This document shows positions 8,095 through 16,367 of a stretch of DNA of 64,000 nt, piece after piece (position 1 is the stretch's first letter; each line of letters begins with the position of its first letter). Source of the DNA: Acholeplasmataceae bacterium (GTDB lineage: Bacteria > Bacillota_I > Bacilli_A > Acholeplasmatales > Acholeplasmataceae); assembly GCA_018399615.1 (NCBI GenBank), contig JAGYNT010000001.1, positions 468 through 64,467 on the forward strand. Reading direction: 5' to 3'. A program made the position numbers and the translations under genes. The notes under the pieces are model-generated. The model worked only from the letters and a program-made list of their open reading frames with translations, did not search any database and had not been told where the DNA came from.

Positions 8095-8530
8095 ACCAGT
8101 GAAAACGTAGAAATGAATCAGTTTTGTTATGAGGTGTTTTAATGCATAATACAAAATAGTTTGTGTAAATGAAAATCAAGTTGCAATGGAAAAGGAATCT
8201 CAACTTCGGTATAATGAGTTTGGCAAACCATAACAGAATAGGAGATGCCGTATCTGTGATTTCACTGCAAAACGCATGAAATTGCTCTCGGGAAAAATAA
8301 ATTTCACCGGATTTCATCGGTTCGAAGCTTGAAGAATCCATCAGTAAGATTCCAGAAACCGAACGGACGTGTTTCTCCTGATACGAGCTCGTTTCCGAGT
8401 GATCACGAGTAGAATGCCTGAGGTCTGATTCAACGTTCAATGAACTGTAGTGATTGACTGACTGAACAACATCTGCCAATCGTGTCTGAAATGATCATCG
8501 GATTGCAATAATCGAGGAGGTTTGCTGGAG

Positions 8531-8854
8531 ATGCCTACAACAAAAGAGTACGTCGAATTCGTCTGTGAACAGATCAAAGGGGTCGGATTTATTCGCTTTA
8601 AAAAGATGTTTGGCGAATATATGGTATACGTCAATGACAAACCCTTGCTGCTCGTATGCGACGGAACCGTGTTTGTCAAAATGCATGAAAGCATAGCTCA
8701 TCTGATGGAACAGGCGGACCGGGGCTATCCGTACCAAGGAGCGAAAAAACACTATATTCTCGATATCGATGATTCGCTTTCATGCAAAAAAGTCATTGAC
8801 GTGCTCGAGCGAAACATTCCCGTTTCGAAATCGAGAAGGAAGACAGCAAACTAG
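8531..8854 (+). CDS. TfoX/Sxy N-terminal domain family protein
   Basis: MPTTKEYVEFVCEQIKGVGFIRFKKMFGEYMVYVNDKPLLLVCDGTVFVKM... An RBS gaggagg lies 10 nt upstream of ATG 8531. Confidence 0.65.
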   Translation: MPTTKEYVEFVCEQIKGVGFIRFKKMFGEYMVYVNDKPLLLVCDGTVFVKMHESIAHLMEQADRGYPYQGAKKHYILDIDDSLSCKKVIDVLERNIPVSKSRRKTAN

Positions 8855-9132
8855 AATGGCTTGTGTTGTGAGCAAACGACTCATTCCTTCAGAATGCTTG
8901 ACAATAATCAAATATACAGGAGTTTGCGTTTCTAGGGTTGCTTACGTAGGAAATCATTGAATAGCGGTTGAGATTTTGGTAGAATTGATGTGACTTTTTT
9001 TGAATTGACCCAGGAATCCGCGTTCATCCGCTCCATTCGCTTATTAAACAGGTCAAGAGACATAAGAACTCATGTGTCGTGTCCAAAGCGAATCAAGCGT
9101 GGGAAACGAAAGAGAAAAGGGGAACTCCGATC

Positions 9133-10491
9133 ATGAAAGAAAACTATCTCAGAAAAGAGCTCTATGAGCTTGTCAAAAGCGATTCAAGCATTTTCGAGTT
9201 CATTCAGTCGGGGTCACTCGACGGCATGTGGTATTGGGATCTTCAGAATCCGAAAAACGAATGGATGAGCGATAAGTTCTGGGAGACACTCGGATTCGAC
9301 CCGAATGAAAAGAAACACTTGGCAAGCGAGTGGCAGGACCTCATTTTCGAAGAGGACCTGAAGACGGCCAAAGCAAATCTGGATCGACATATCGCAGACC
9401 CCGATCATCCATATGACCAGATCGTTCGTTATCGACATAAAAACGGGTCAACCATATGGATCCGATGTCGTGGACTCGCGATCCGAGATGAGAACGGTCA
9501 GGCGATTCGGATGCTTGGAGCGCATACGGATATCACGCACATGAAAGAAACGGAGCGTGAGATCACACGACTGACCGAGGAGTATGAAAAAGTATTCAAT
9601 GGAACACAAGACGCGATGTTCTTGATCGAAGTCAAGGGGGACCGGCAATTCATCTTGATTCGAAACAATCTCTCGCACCAGAAAAAGACCGGAATCGGAC
9701 TCGATCAGCTCATGAACAAGTCACCGCAGGAGTTGCTTGGAAAAGAGATGGGAGACAAGGTCTCCGAAAACTATCAGAAGTGCGTCGATGTGAAAACGCG
9801 TGTCACATACGAAGAAGAACTGAGCCTGCCGGCCGGTGATCGGATCTGGCTCACGACTCTGACACCGATTTTTGACGGTTCACGCGTCGCCTATGTCGTC
9901 GGTTCGTCAACCGATATCACCAAACGAAAAGAACTCGAAGCCGAGTTGGCCTATCAGGCCTATCATGATGTGTTGACAGCGTTGCCGAACAGAAGACTCT
10001 TTTTCAAGACGCTTCAAAAGATCATTGAGGAACATGAAGACGGAGGTCGTCGTTTCGCCCTTCTTTTCATCGATCTGGACGGATTCAAAGCAATCAACGA
10101 CAAACACGGCCACGCGATCGGCGATCACGTCCTGAAACATGTCGGAGAAAGACTTAGAGACTGTGTGACAACCAGGGATACCGCCGCTCGTATCGGTGGA
10201 GACGAGTTTACGGCGATCGTGCGAAACATCGAGGATGAGAAAAACGTTCAGGATCTCGTCCGAACGATCCATAAACGCATCAAGGATGTCGTTTTGATCG
10301 ATGACATCGTATGTCGAATCAAGGCTTCGATCGGTGTTGCCATCTATCCGGAACACGGAAAAGACAGCGAAACACTCCTGAGGCATGCGGATTCGTCCAT
10401 GTATCGGATCAAGGATGAGAAAAAACGCGGGCTTGAACACCCCGACCATGATTTTTTGACCAAACGAAAAGAAAAGAGCGGAGCCGTATGA
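9133..10491 (+). CDS. PAS-domain sensor diguanylate cyclase (GGDEF)
   Basis: Two PAS-like segments precede a GGDEF domain (RFALLFIDLDGFKAINDKHGHAIGD...RIGGDEFTAIV). Start chosen at MKENYLRKELYELV. Confidence 0.85.
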   Translation: MKENYLRKELYELVKSDSSIFEFIQSGSLDGMWYWDLQNPKNEWMSDKFWETLGFDPNEKKHLASEWQDLIFEEDLKTAKANLDRHIADPDHPYDQIVRYRHKNGSTIWIRCRGLAIRDENGQAIRMLGAHTDITHMKETEREITRLTEEYEKVFNGTQDAMFLIEVKGDRQFILIRNNLSHQKKTGIGLDQLMNKSPQELLGKEMGDKVSENYQKCVDVKTRVTYEEELSLPAGDRIWLTTLTPIFDGSRVAYVVGSSTDITKRKELEAELAYQAYHDVLTALPNRRLFFKTLQKIIEEHEDGGRRFALLFIDLDGFKAINDKHGHAIGDHVLKHVGERLRDCVTTRDTAARIGGDEFTAIVRNIEDEKNVQDLVRTIHKRIKDVVLIDDIVCRIKASIGVAIYPEHGKDSETLLRHADSSMYRIKDEKKRGLEHPDHDFLTKRKEKSGAV

Positions 10492-11468
10492 AGAAAGTAT
10501 CGGGTTTCGCCGTCTTTGATGCCAAGCACTGTGAGACCGCAGCAACCAAAAGTCTTTTACTGCAGGAAGGATTTTCGATCAGTGAGCCCATGATGCTGGG
10601 ATTGAGTCAGGGATTCGGTTTTATTTACTGGAAGATGCGTTTCATGAATCTCCCCTTTATCGGCGGAAGGTCGAAACCGTTCGAGTTGACCAAGGTTTTT
10701 TGTGAGAACATGGGATTCGAACTCGATGAACGACAGACGACATCCAAAAAAGAGAAGCAGCAGAATGTCGTCAGGTTCATCGACGGGAATTCCTGTCGGT
10801 CTGCAACTCGATTGTTGCCACCTCGAACACTTCCGGCACGCGTTCGCATTTTGCGGGCATTTTCTGACAGTTTGGCCACGATCAAACCCCATGCATACGT
10901 ATTCGATACAGGAAAAACCTACAAGGTATCCTTGGAAAACCTTGAGAAAGCCCGATTCGAAAAGGGTTCGATGGCCGCCAAGGCCAGATCCTATACGTTG
11001 AAAAAAGCATCGGTTCAGCCGGATATCCGCCCCGTGATCATCAAAGCGATCAAAGAAATCTCCAGAGCGTTTTTGAATCCTCCCTTGAAGAGTTTCGGCT
11101 ACAAGGGTATTCTCACACTGAGTGATGACATGAAAACATGGCTCGATCAGGCAACAGATTCGAAAAAAGATCTGCATGATCAGGCCATGCTGATGGAAGA
11201 CGGCGGAACCGGCGGAGCGATCTTCCGAAATTTTTTCCAAGACTTTCTTTATGAGTGTCTGGGTCACTTTCCCAAAAACGCCTGCTTGATGGAGGCGCAC
11301 AAACACTATCGGAAGGCGGCGGAAAACTGGACGATGATTGCGAAACGGATCTTGAAAGCAGGGGACACCCAAGAACCGGGTTATTTGGAGGAAGCGGCGG
11401 CGATCTGTCGGGATACGGCGATGATTGAAAAAGCAGCCATGGAAAGTCTTTCTCTCATATCAGGATAG
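10488..11468 (+). CDS. BtrH-N (C39-peptidase-like) / DUF4872-type protein; ~30 codons appear to be read out of the ancestral frame
   Basis: N-terminus (FDAKHCETAATKSLLLQEGFSISEPMMLGLSQGFGFIYW) and C-terminal domain fit the family. The expected segment GIPVGLQLDCCHLEHFRHAFAFCGHFLTV is encoded in the +1 frame (track ORF 10702..11001). The start overlaps the cyclase stop (ATGA). Confidence 0.6.
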   Translation: MKKVSGFAVFDAKHCETAATKSLLLQEGFSISEPMMLGLSQGFGFIYWKMRFMNLPFIGGRSKPFELTKVFCENMGFELDERQTTSKKEKQQNVVRFIDGNSCRSATRLLPPRTLPARVRILRAFSDSLATIKPHAYVFDTGKTYKVSLENLEKARFEKGSMAAKARSYTLKKASVQPDIRPVIIKAIKEISRAFLNPPLKSFGYKGILTLSDDMKTWLDQATDSKKDLHDQAMLMEDGGTGGAIFRNFFQDFLYECLGHFPKNACLMEAHKHYRKAAENWTMIAKRILKAGDTQEPGYLEEAAAICRDTAMIEKAAMESLSLISG

Positions 11469-11477
11469 GAGATTTCG

Positions 11478-11508
11478 ATCAGGATCGAATGCATCCTGAT
11501 TTTTTTTA
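11478..11508 (+). terminator. Rho-independent terminator
   Basis: ATCAGGATcgaatgcATCCTGATTTTTTTT. Confidence 0.8.
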
Positions 11509-11529
11509 TCACATAGAGGTTTAGGTGTT

Positions 11530-12023
11530 TTAAAGGTTTGCGGATGTGTCTTCTATCAATTTTTCTGCGAATGTTTTGGCATCATCAGGATCATTTGAAT
11601 CGGGGTTGCCTTTGTTCATGCCACCGAAAAAGCGAAGAAAGCGATTCGTGTTGAAACCTTCGCACGAAAACTCGGCAATGATCGACTATCCCTTCGAAAT
11701 CAAAACGGATCTCAGTGTGGCGTAGTCACTTGCAACCTTTTCTTTTCCCTGTAAGGCACGTGTTGAAAAGATGAAACCTGTCTTGTTTTATCATAAGGAA
11801 GCGCCCGACACAGGTCGATGAGAGGTTCATCGTGTTTTCCACTGTCGATTCCGGCACCGAAACCAATGATCTGATAATCATCCAGAACGACGTGATCGAT
11901 CGCTTTTTGCGTAATGATTCTTGCATGGAGTCCTTCAGACATCGATTGTGCTACGTTCATGGTGTTTCCATGATGATAGGAACAGACGATTAAAAGCGTC
12001 TTCGCGTTTTCCAGGTGTCTCAT
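11530..12023 (-). pseudogene. Flavodoxin-family protein, one frameshift plus one in-frame TAG
   Basis: The N-terminal half is track ORF 11712..12023 (KTLLIVCSYHHGNTMNVAQSM...). The continuation FSTRALQGKEKVASDYATLRSVLISKG*SIIAEFSCEGFNTNRFLRFFGGMNKGNPDSNDPDDAKTFAEKLIEDTSANL lies in another frame with an internal stop. Confidence 0.65.
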
Positions 12024-12264
12024 GGCTTATCATCGTTTAAAGTCTTTTCGATTGTCTCGTATTCGAAGACCTCTTTGAGTGAGACATCGAATACGTGCGC
12101 GATTTTATAAGCAAGATCTAGGGAAGGCGTATATTTCCCGAGTTCTATGGCATTGATCGTCTGCCTGGATACACCCGTTTGATCGGCAAGCACCTGTTGA
12201 GACATTTCATCGGCGAAAAGCGTAGCGTTCGTATGTTGTTCTTGATCCGGTAATCCTTACGCAC
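12020..12264 (-). pseudogene. XRE-family HTH regulator; N-terminal ~15 codons in a different frame
   Basis: Track ORF 12020..12205 encodes MSQQVLADQTGVSRQTINAIELGKYTPSLDLAYKIAHVF... The expected helix 1 (VRKDYRIKNNIRTLRF, GTG 12264) is one frame off. An ATG-initiated truncated product remains possible. Confidence 0.5.
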
Positions 12265-12738
12265 GGTGAACACCTCGCTTGTAATCATAGAGCTCGAGAA
12301 AACCGGAGAGAACAAAACCGATATTGAAGGATATATAGAGCACGATGATCATGATGATCGGTGAATAGCCGAGTAAAAATGAAACCAAAGACAAGACGAA
12401 TCCGACGAACATGGATTTGAGTTCGCTCAACTTCGCCATTTCATCGTCTTTCATGTCGGTATCGATCAAACGGGTAACCATTTTTTTGGATGTCCTGATC
12501 GGTCATATCCTCATGTTCACGTTTGAGACCGATGGCCAGAAAAACCGAATAGAGGATGTGAAACAACATGTTAGCGCTATTCATTGAAACGACCCCGATG
12601 CCAATGGAAATCAGGATTTTTTCGGCCCGGAAATCCAATGATTGCGCTTTTGAAGTCCCTTCGCCATAAGACATGATGGCATTAAAAACATGGATGACTG
12701 CGATTGCAAGACCGACAAGGGATGTTGTGATCGTTCAT
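12257..12738 (-). pseudogene. Small multi-pass membrane protein partner of the XRE regulator, split into at least three frames
   Basis: ATG 12738 follows an A6 run and hits a stop after 18 codons. The pieces TITTSLVGLAIAVIHVFNAIMSYGEG...LKREHEDMTDQDIQK (track 12441..12674) and MVTRLIDTDMKDDEMAKLSELKSMFVGF... (12257..12481) join across an A7 run at ~12481. Confidence 0.55.
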
Positions 12739-13013
12739 TTTTTCTCCTTATCGGATATTTAGTTCATCGTGTGCATCAATGATTGCATACACGATGACAA
12801 CTAAAAGATGCATCTATCGTGTGGTCACCATGTTGACCGAATTCGTTTCAGCAGATTGAATTCGATTCCTGGATGCTTCAAAGGGAAGAGAAGACAATGA
12901 AATTCATTTTAACTTTTTCCATAGACATGTGATAGAATAATTGTGTGAAATCATCAAGAAGCCGACTCGAGGGATTCCGATTCATAAAAATCGAATGTGG
13001 AGCGTGATCGACT

Positions 13014-13607
13014 ATGTTTTATATCTTTTCTCTCGTCCTACTGGCACTATCGACAATCGGCCTTGCCTATTACTATACGAAAAGCGTCCAACCGATGACG
13101 CGAACTCGAAAACAAGGCTCTTCGGCTTTTGAACAGTGCGCCAAAGACCGGAGTCTGTCCGGGCTCTTCGAGACACTTGTTTTCATCGCCTACATCGCCT
13201 ATGCGATCACGAAACGTGATCGGATTCCGTCGTTTCCCTGGCCTTACCCGATCACGGCGATCGTCGCTTCGACGTTGATCGCTTTCGGTGGGTATCTCTT
13301 TTACGTCAGTATCCGTGATGCCGGCAAGGAAACGATGAAACCGGACAAGGACCATGACATGTTCAAAGGGATCTATGAGGATATCCGTCATCCCCAGACG
13401 ACCGCGACACTGATGATCTGGTTCGGGTTCGCGATTCTTCTCAACCAGTTCTTTCTTGTGCTCTACACCTTCGTCCTTGTCTTCGTTTACATCCGAGCGA
13501 CGATCCTCGAAGAAAAAGATTTGATCTTGAAATACGGCGATCGTTATCTCGACTACAAAAAACGAACCCCCGCATACATACCAAAACTCAAGAAGGAGCA
13601 ACCATGA
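13014..13607 (+). CDS. Isoprenylcysteine carboxyl methyltransferase (ICMT)/phospholipid methyltransferase family membrane protein
   Basis: 197-aa polytopic ORF with ...GIYEDIRHPQTTATLMIWFGFAIL...EEKDLILKYGDRYLDYKKRTP. Confidence 0.75.
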   Translation: MFYIFSLVLLALSTIGLAYYYTKSVQPMTRTRKQGSSAFEQCAKDRSLSGLFETLVFIAYIAYAITKRDRIPSFPWPYPITAIVASTLIAFGGYLFYVSIRDAGKETMKPDKDHDMFKGIYEDIRHPQTTATLMIWFGFAILLNQFFLVLYTFVLVFVYIRATILEEKDLILKYGDRYLDYKKRTPAYIPKLKKEQP

Positions 13608-14185
13608 ACTACATCAAGGCTTTTGAAACCTATGAACCCGTGAACGAACAGGAAGAGGTCGATAAAAAAGCGATCCTCGACTTCATTCGAAGAAATGACG
13701 ATGCGCTCGAGCGCACCAACCTCGTCGCCCACGTCACGTCATCGGCGATCATCGTCAATGAAGCGATGGACAAGATGCTTTTCGTCTATCACAACATCTA
13801 TGACTCGTGGTCGTGGGTGGGCGGACATAACGACGGCAACCCCGATCTGCTTGCTGTCGCGATCAGAGAAGCGAAAGAGGAAACCGGGCTCGAAATAGTC
13901 GAACCCCATTCCAAGGACCTTTTCATGATCGATTCCGTCTATGTTCAAAATCACATCAAGCGGGGGAAATTCATCCCCGATCACCTTCATTTGAACGGCA
14001 CGTATCTCCTGATTGCGAACGACTCGGACGATCTTCATATCAAGCACGATGAAAACTCCGGTGTTCGCTGGTTTCGAATCGAGGAGATCCTCGATTACGT
14101 GAGCGAACCACGCATGATTCCGATCTATGAAAAGGCGATTCGAAGCATCGAAACGATCAGAAAAAACCGGGTTGACCGCGACTAG
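13604..14185 (+). CDS. NUDIX hydrolase
   Basis: Nudix box GGHNDGNPDLLAVAIREAKEETGLE. It has a 4-nt overlap with the upstream gene. Confidence 0.85.
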   Translation: MNYIKAFETYEPVNEQEEVDKKAILDFIRRNDDALERTNLVAHVTSSAIIVNEAMDKMLFVYHNIYDSWSWVGGHNDGNPDLLAVAIREAKEETGLEIVEPHSKDLFMIDSVYVQNHIKRGKFIPDHLHLNGTYLLIANDSDDLHIKHDENSGVRWFRIEEILDYVSEPRMIPIYEKAIRSIETIRKNRVDRD

Positions 14186-14480
14186 AAAATTCCTTTTCAA
14201 GATTTTCGATTTTTTCCGAAAAAGTGGTTATCTTTTCCATCCGTTTATGTTATCATGGGTGTGTAATCGCTTACATCACGTCATGTGACCTTGAGACGAA
14301 TTCAGCATCATACATAAGCAGGTAGCGTTGATGACCGCCCAATCGAATGAACCGAATACCACACAAAAGACGTAGCCATGTGGCGCATGACGCTTAAGTG
14401 ACGCGGGTGCGTTTTTTATGTGGGGTTGCTCGAGAAAATACGCTAAAAATCGTTTCAAACGAATGGAAAAGGAGCACGAT

Positions 14481-16367
14481 ATGTTGCACTATACGAAATT
14501 GGATCCGTGGCTTCAAGAGATGAAAGAACTGCTCAATCCCGAACACGTTCACATATGTGACGGGAGCGCAGAAGAATACGAAGGCTTTCTCGAAGAACTC
14601 GTTCGACAAAAGAAGGCACTCAGACTTAACCCTGAGAAACGACCGGGATCCTACGCTTTTTTCAGCGATCCGAAAGACGTGGCTCGGGTTGAAGAACGGA
14701 CGTTCATCGCTTCGAAGAATCCGGATGATGCCGGACCGACGAACAACTGGAAAGATCCGGATGAACTCAAAGCGGAAATGCGGGAACTCTATCGAAATGC
14801 CATGCAGGGACGGACGATGTATGTCATCCCCTTCATGATGGGACCCTACGATTCACCCCTTTCCAAAATCGGTATCGAGATCACCGACAGTCTCTATGTC
14901 GTCTTGAACATGCGGCTCATGACGCGGATGGGGTCAGACGTGATGCGTCGTCTCAAGGAACGTGAATACTTCATTCCCTGTCTGCATTCGGTCGGATATC
15001 CGCTCAAGGACGGTCAGAAGGACGTCGAGTGGCCAGCGGCGCCGATCGATCATAAATACATCAGTCATTTCCCCGAAGAACGCCTGATCTGGTCCTATGG
15101 GTCCGGATATGGGGGAAACGCTCTGCTCGGAAAGAAATGTCTGGCACTTCGGATCGCGTCGGTCGTCGCACGCGATGAGAAGTGGATGGCCGAGCATATG
15201 CTCATCTTGAAAATCACGAATCCGAAAGGAAGAAGCAAATACGTTCTGGGAGCATTCCCGAGTGCTTGCGGGAAAACGAATCTTTCCATGCTGATACCGA
15301 CCATTCCCGGATGGAAGGTCGAGACCATCGGTGACGATATCGCCTGGTTGTGGATCAAAGATGATGGCAGGATGTACGCGATCAATCCGGAAAGAGGGTT
15401 TTTCGGTGTCGCCAAGGGGACGTCCTACACATCGAATTTCAATGCCATGAAAGCGATCGAAAAGAACACCATTTTCACCAATGTCGCCATAACCGACGAT
15501 AACGACGTCTGGTGGGAAGGCATCGACGGCGAGGTTCCCGATCATCTCATGGATTGGAAGAAACAGGACTGGAGTCCCGATCTCGGTGTGCGTGCCGCCC
15601 ATCCCAATTCGCGGTTCACAGTCGATATCCGCCAATGTCCGGTGCTCGCATCGGAATGGGACGACCCGGAGGGCGTTCCGATTTCGGCCATTCTGGTCGG
15701 CGGAAGAAGACCACAGACTATCCCGCTCGTACACGAGAGCCTGAGTTGGACGCACGGGGTCTTCATGGGCTCGATGATGGGTTCCGAGATTACCGCGGCC
15801 ATCGAATCGACCCACGTCGGTTCGGTTCGGCGTGACCCTTTCGCCATGCTTCCTTTCATCGGTTATCATGTCGGTGATTACTTGCGTCACTGGCTCGACA
15901 TGGGTCGTCTGAAAGGTGAAGAGAAACTGCCGAAGATCTATTACGTCAACTGGTTCCGAAAGGATTCAAAAGGGAACTTCCATTGGCCCGGATTCGGTGA
16001 GAATTCCCGTGTTCTCAAGTGGATTTTCGAGCGTACCGACGGACAAGGCGAGGCGAAGCTCACGCCGATCGGCTATATGCCATCCAAGGGATCGATCGAC
16101 CTCGCAAACGTGAATGTGAGCGATCGGTCGATGGATGAAATCCTGAACGTCGATGTCGATGGGTGGCTGACCGAACTCAAATCAATCGAAAACTATTACG
16201 ATGACATCGGTGACAAGCTGCCGGAAGAACTGCATCATGAGCTTCACCGAATCGAGAAGGAACTCGAAGCATACGATCACGATCAAACGCGGAATGACCG
16301 CATACATACGAAAAAATATATGGGAGGTAGAGCTCATGGCAAAGATGCGCGCCATCATAAAGGCTAA
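14481..16367 (+). CDS. pckG: Phosphoenolpyruvate carboxykinase (GTP)
   Basis: FPSACGKTNLSML, WMAEHMLIL and similar motifs are present. RBS aaaggag lies 7 nt before ATG 14481, and the track ORF extends upstream to 14418. The 3' end overlaps the tdh start by 32 nt. Confidence 0.9.
   Translation: MLHYTKLDPWLQEMKELLNPEHVHICDGSAEEYEGFLEELVRQKKALRLNPEKRPGSYAFFSDPKDVARVEERTFIASKNPDDAGPTNNWKDPDELKAEMRELYRNAMQGRTMYVIPFMMGPYDSPLSKIGIEITDSLYVVLNMRLMTRMGSDVMRRLKEREYFIPCLHSVGYPLKDGQKDVEWPAAPIDHKYISHFPEERLIWSYGSGYGGNALLGKKCLALRIASVVARDEKWMAEHMLILKITNPKGRSKYVLGAFPSACGKTNLSMLIPTIPGWKVETIGDDIAWLWIKDDGRMYAINPERGFFGVAKGTSYTSNFNAMKAIEKNTIFTNVAITDDNDVWWEGIDGEVPDHLMDWKKQDWSPDLGVRAAHPNSRFTVDIRQCPVLASEWDDPEGVPISAILVGGRRPQTIPLVHESLSWTHGVFMGSMMGSEITAAIESTHVGSVRRDPFAMLPFIGYHVGDYLRHWLDMGRLKGEEKLPKIYYVNWFRKDSKGNFHWPGFGENSRVLKWIFERTDGQGEAKLTPIGYMPSKGSIDLANVNVSDRSMDEILNVDVDGWLTELKSIENYYDDIGDKLPEELHHELHRIEKELEAYDHDQTRNDRIHTKKYMGGRAHGKDARHHKG

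Larger units (their letters stand above)
6237..8230. mobile_element. AT-rich accessory patch (possible genomic islet) carrying an AAA_14/DUF4143 ATPase; boundaries approximate
   Basis: Base composition drops abruptly by eye right after the terminator and recovers near 8230. No recombinase gene and no convincing flanking repeats were found. Confidence 0.35.

Noticed and set aside
7985-8479. The 164-aa minus-strand ORF spanning the end of the ATPase gene and the following spacer
   Set aside because: It overlaps the ATPase 3' end antisense, crosses a compositional boundary, has no RBS and has no recognisable motif.
10702-11001. Track ORF 10702..11001 (+) as an independent overlapping gene
   Set aside because: Only its central ~30 codons look protein-like, and they match the segment missing from the overlapping BtrH-like ORF. 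It is interpreted as the ancestral frame of that gene.
16336-16367. The 32-nt overlap of the pckG 3' end with the tdh start as evidence for a lost stop codon or frameshift in pckG
   Set aside because: The conserved PEPCK core is intact and no alternative frame continues a recognisable C-terminus. A short non-conserved tail overlapping the next gene is plausible. This is flagged only as a minor oddity.
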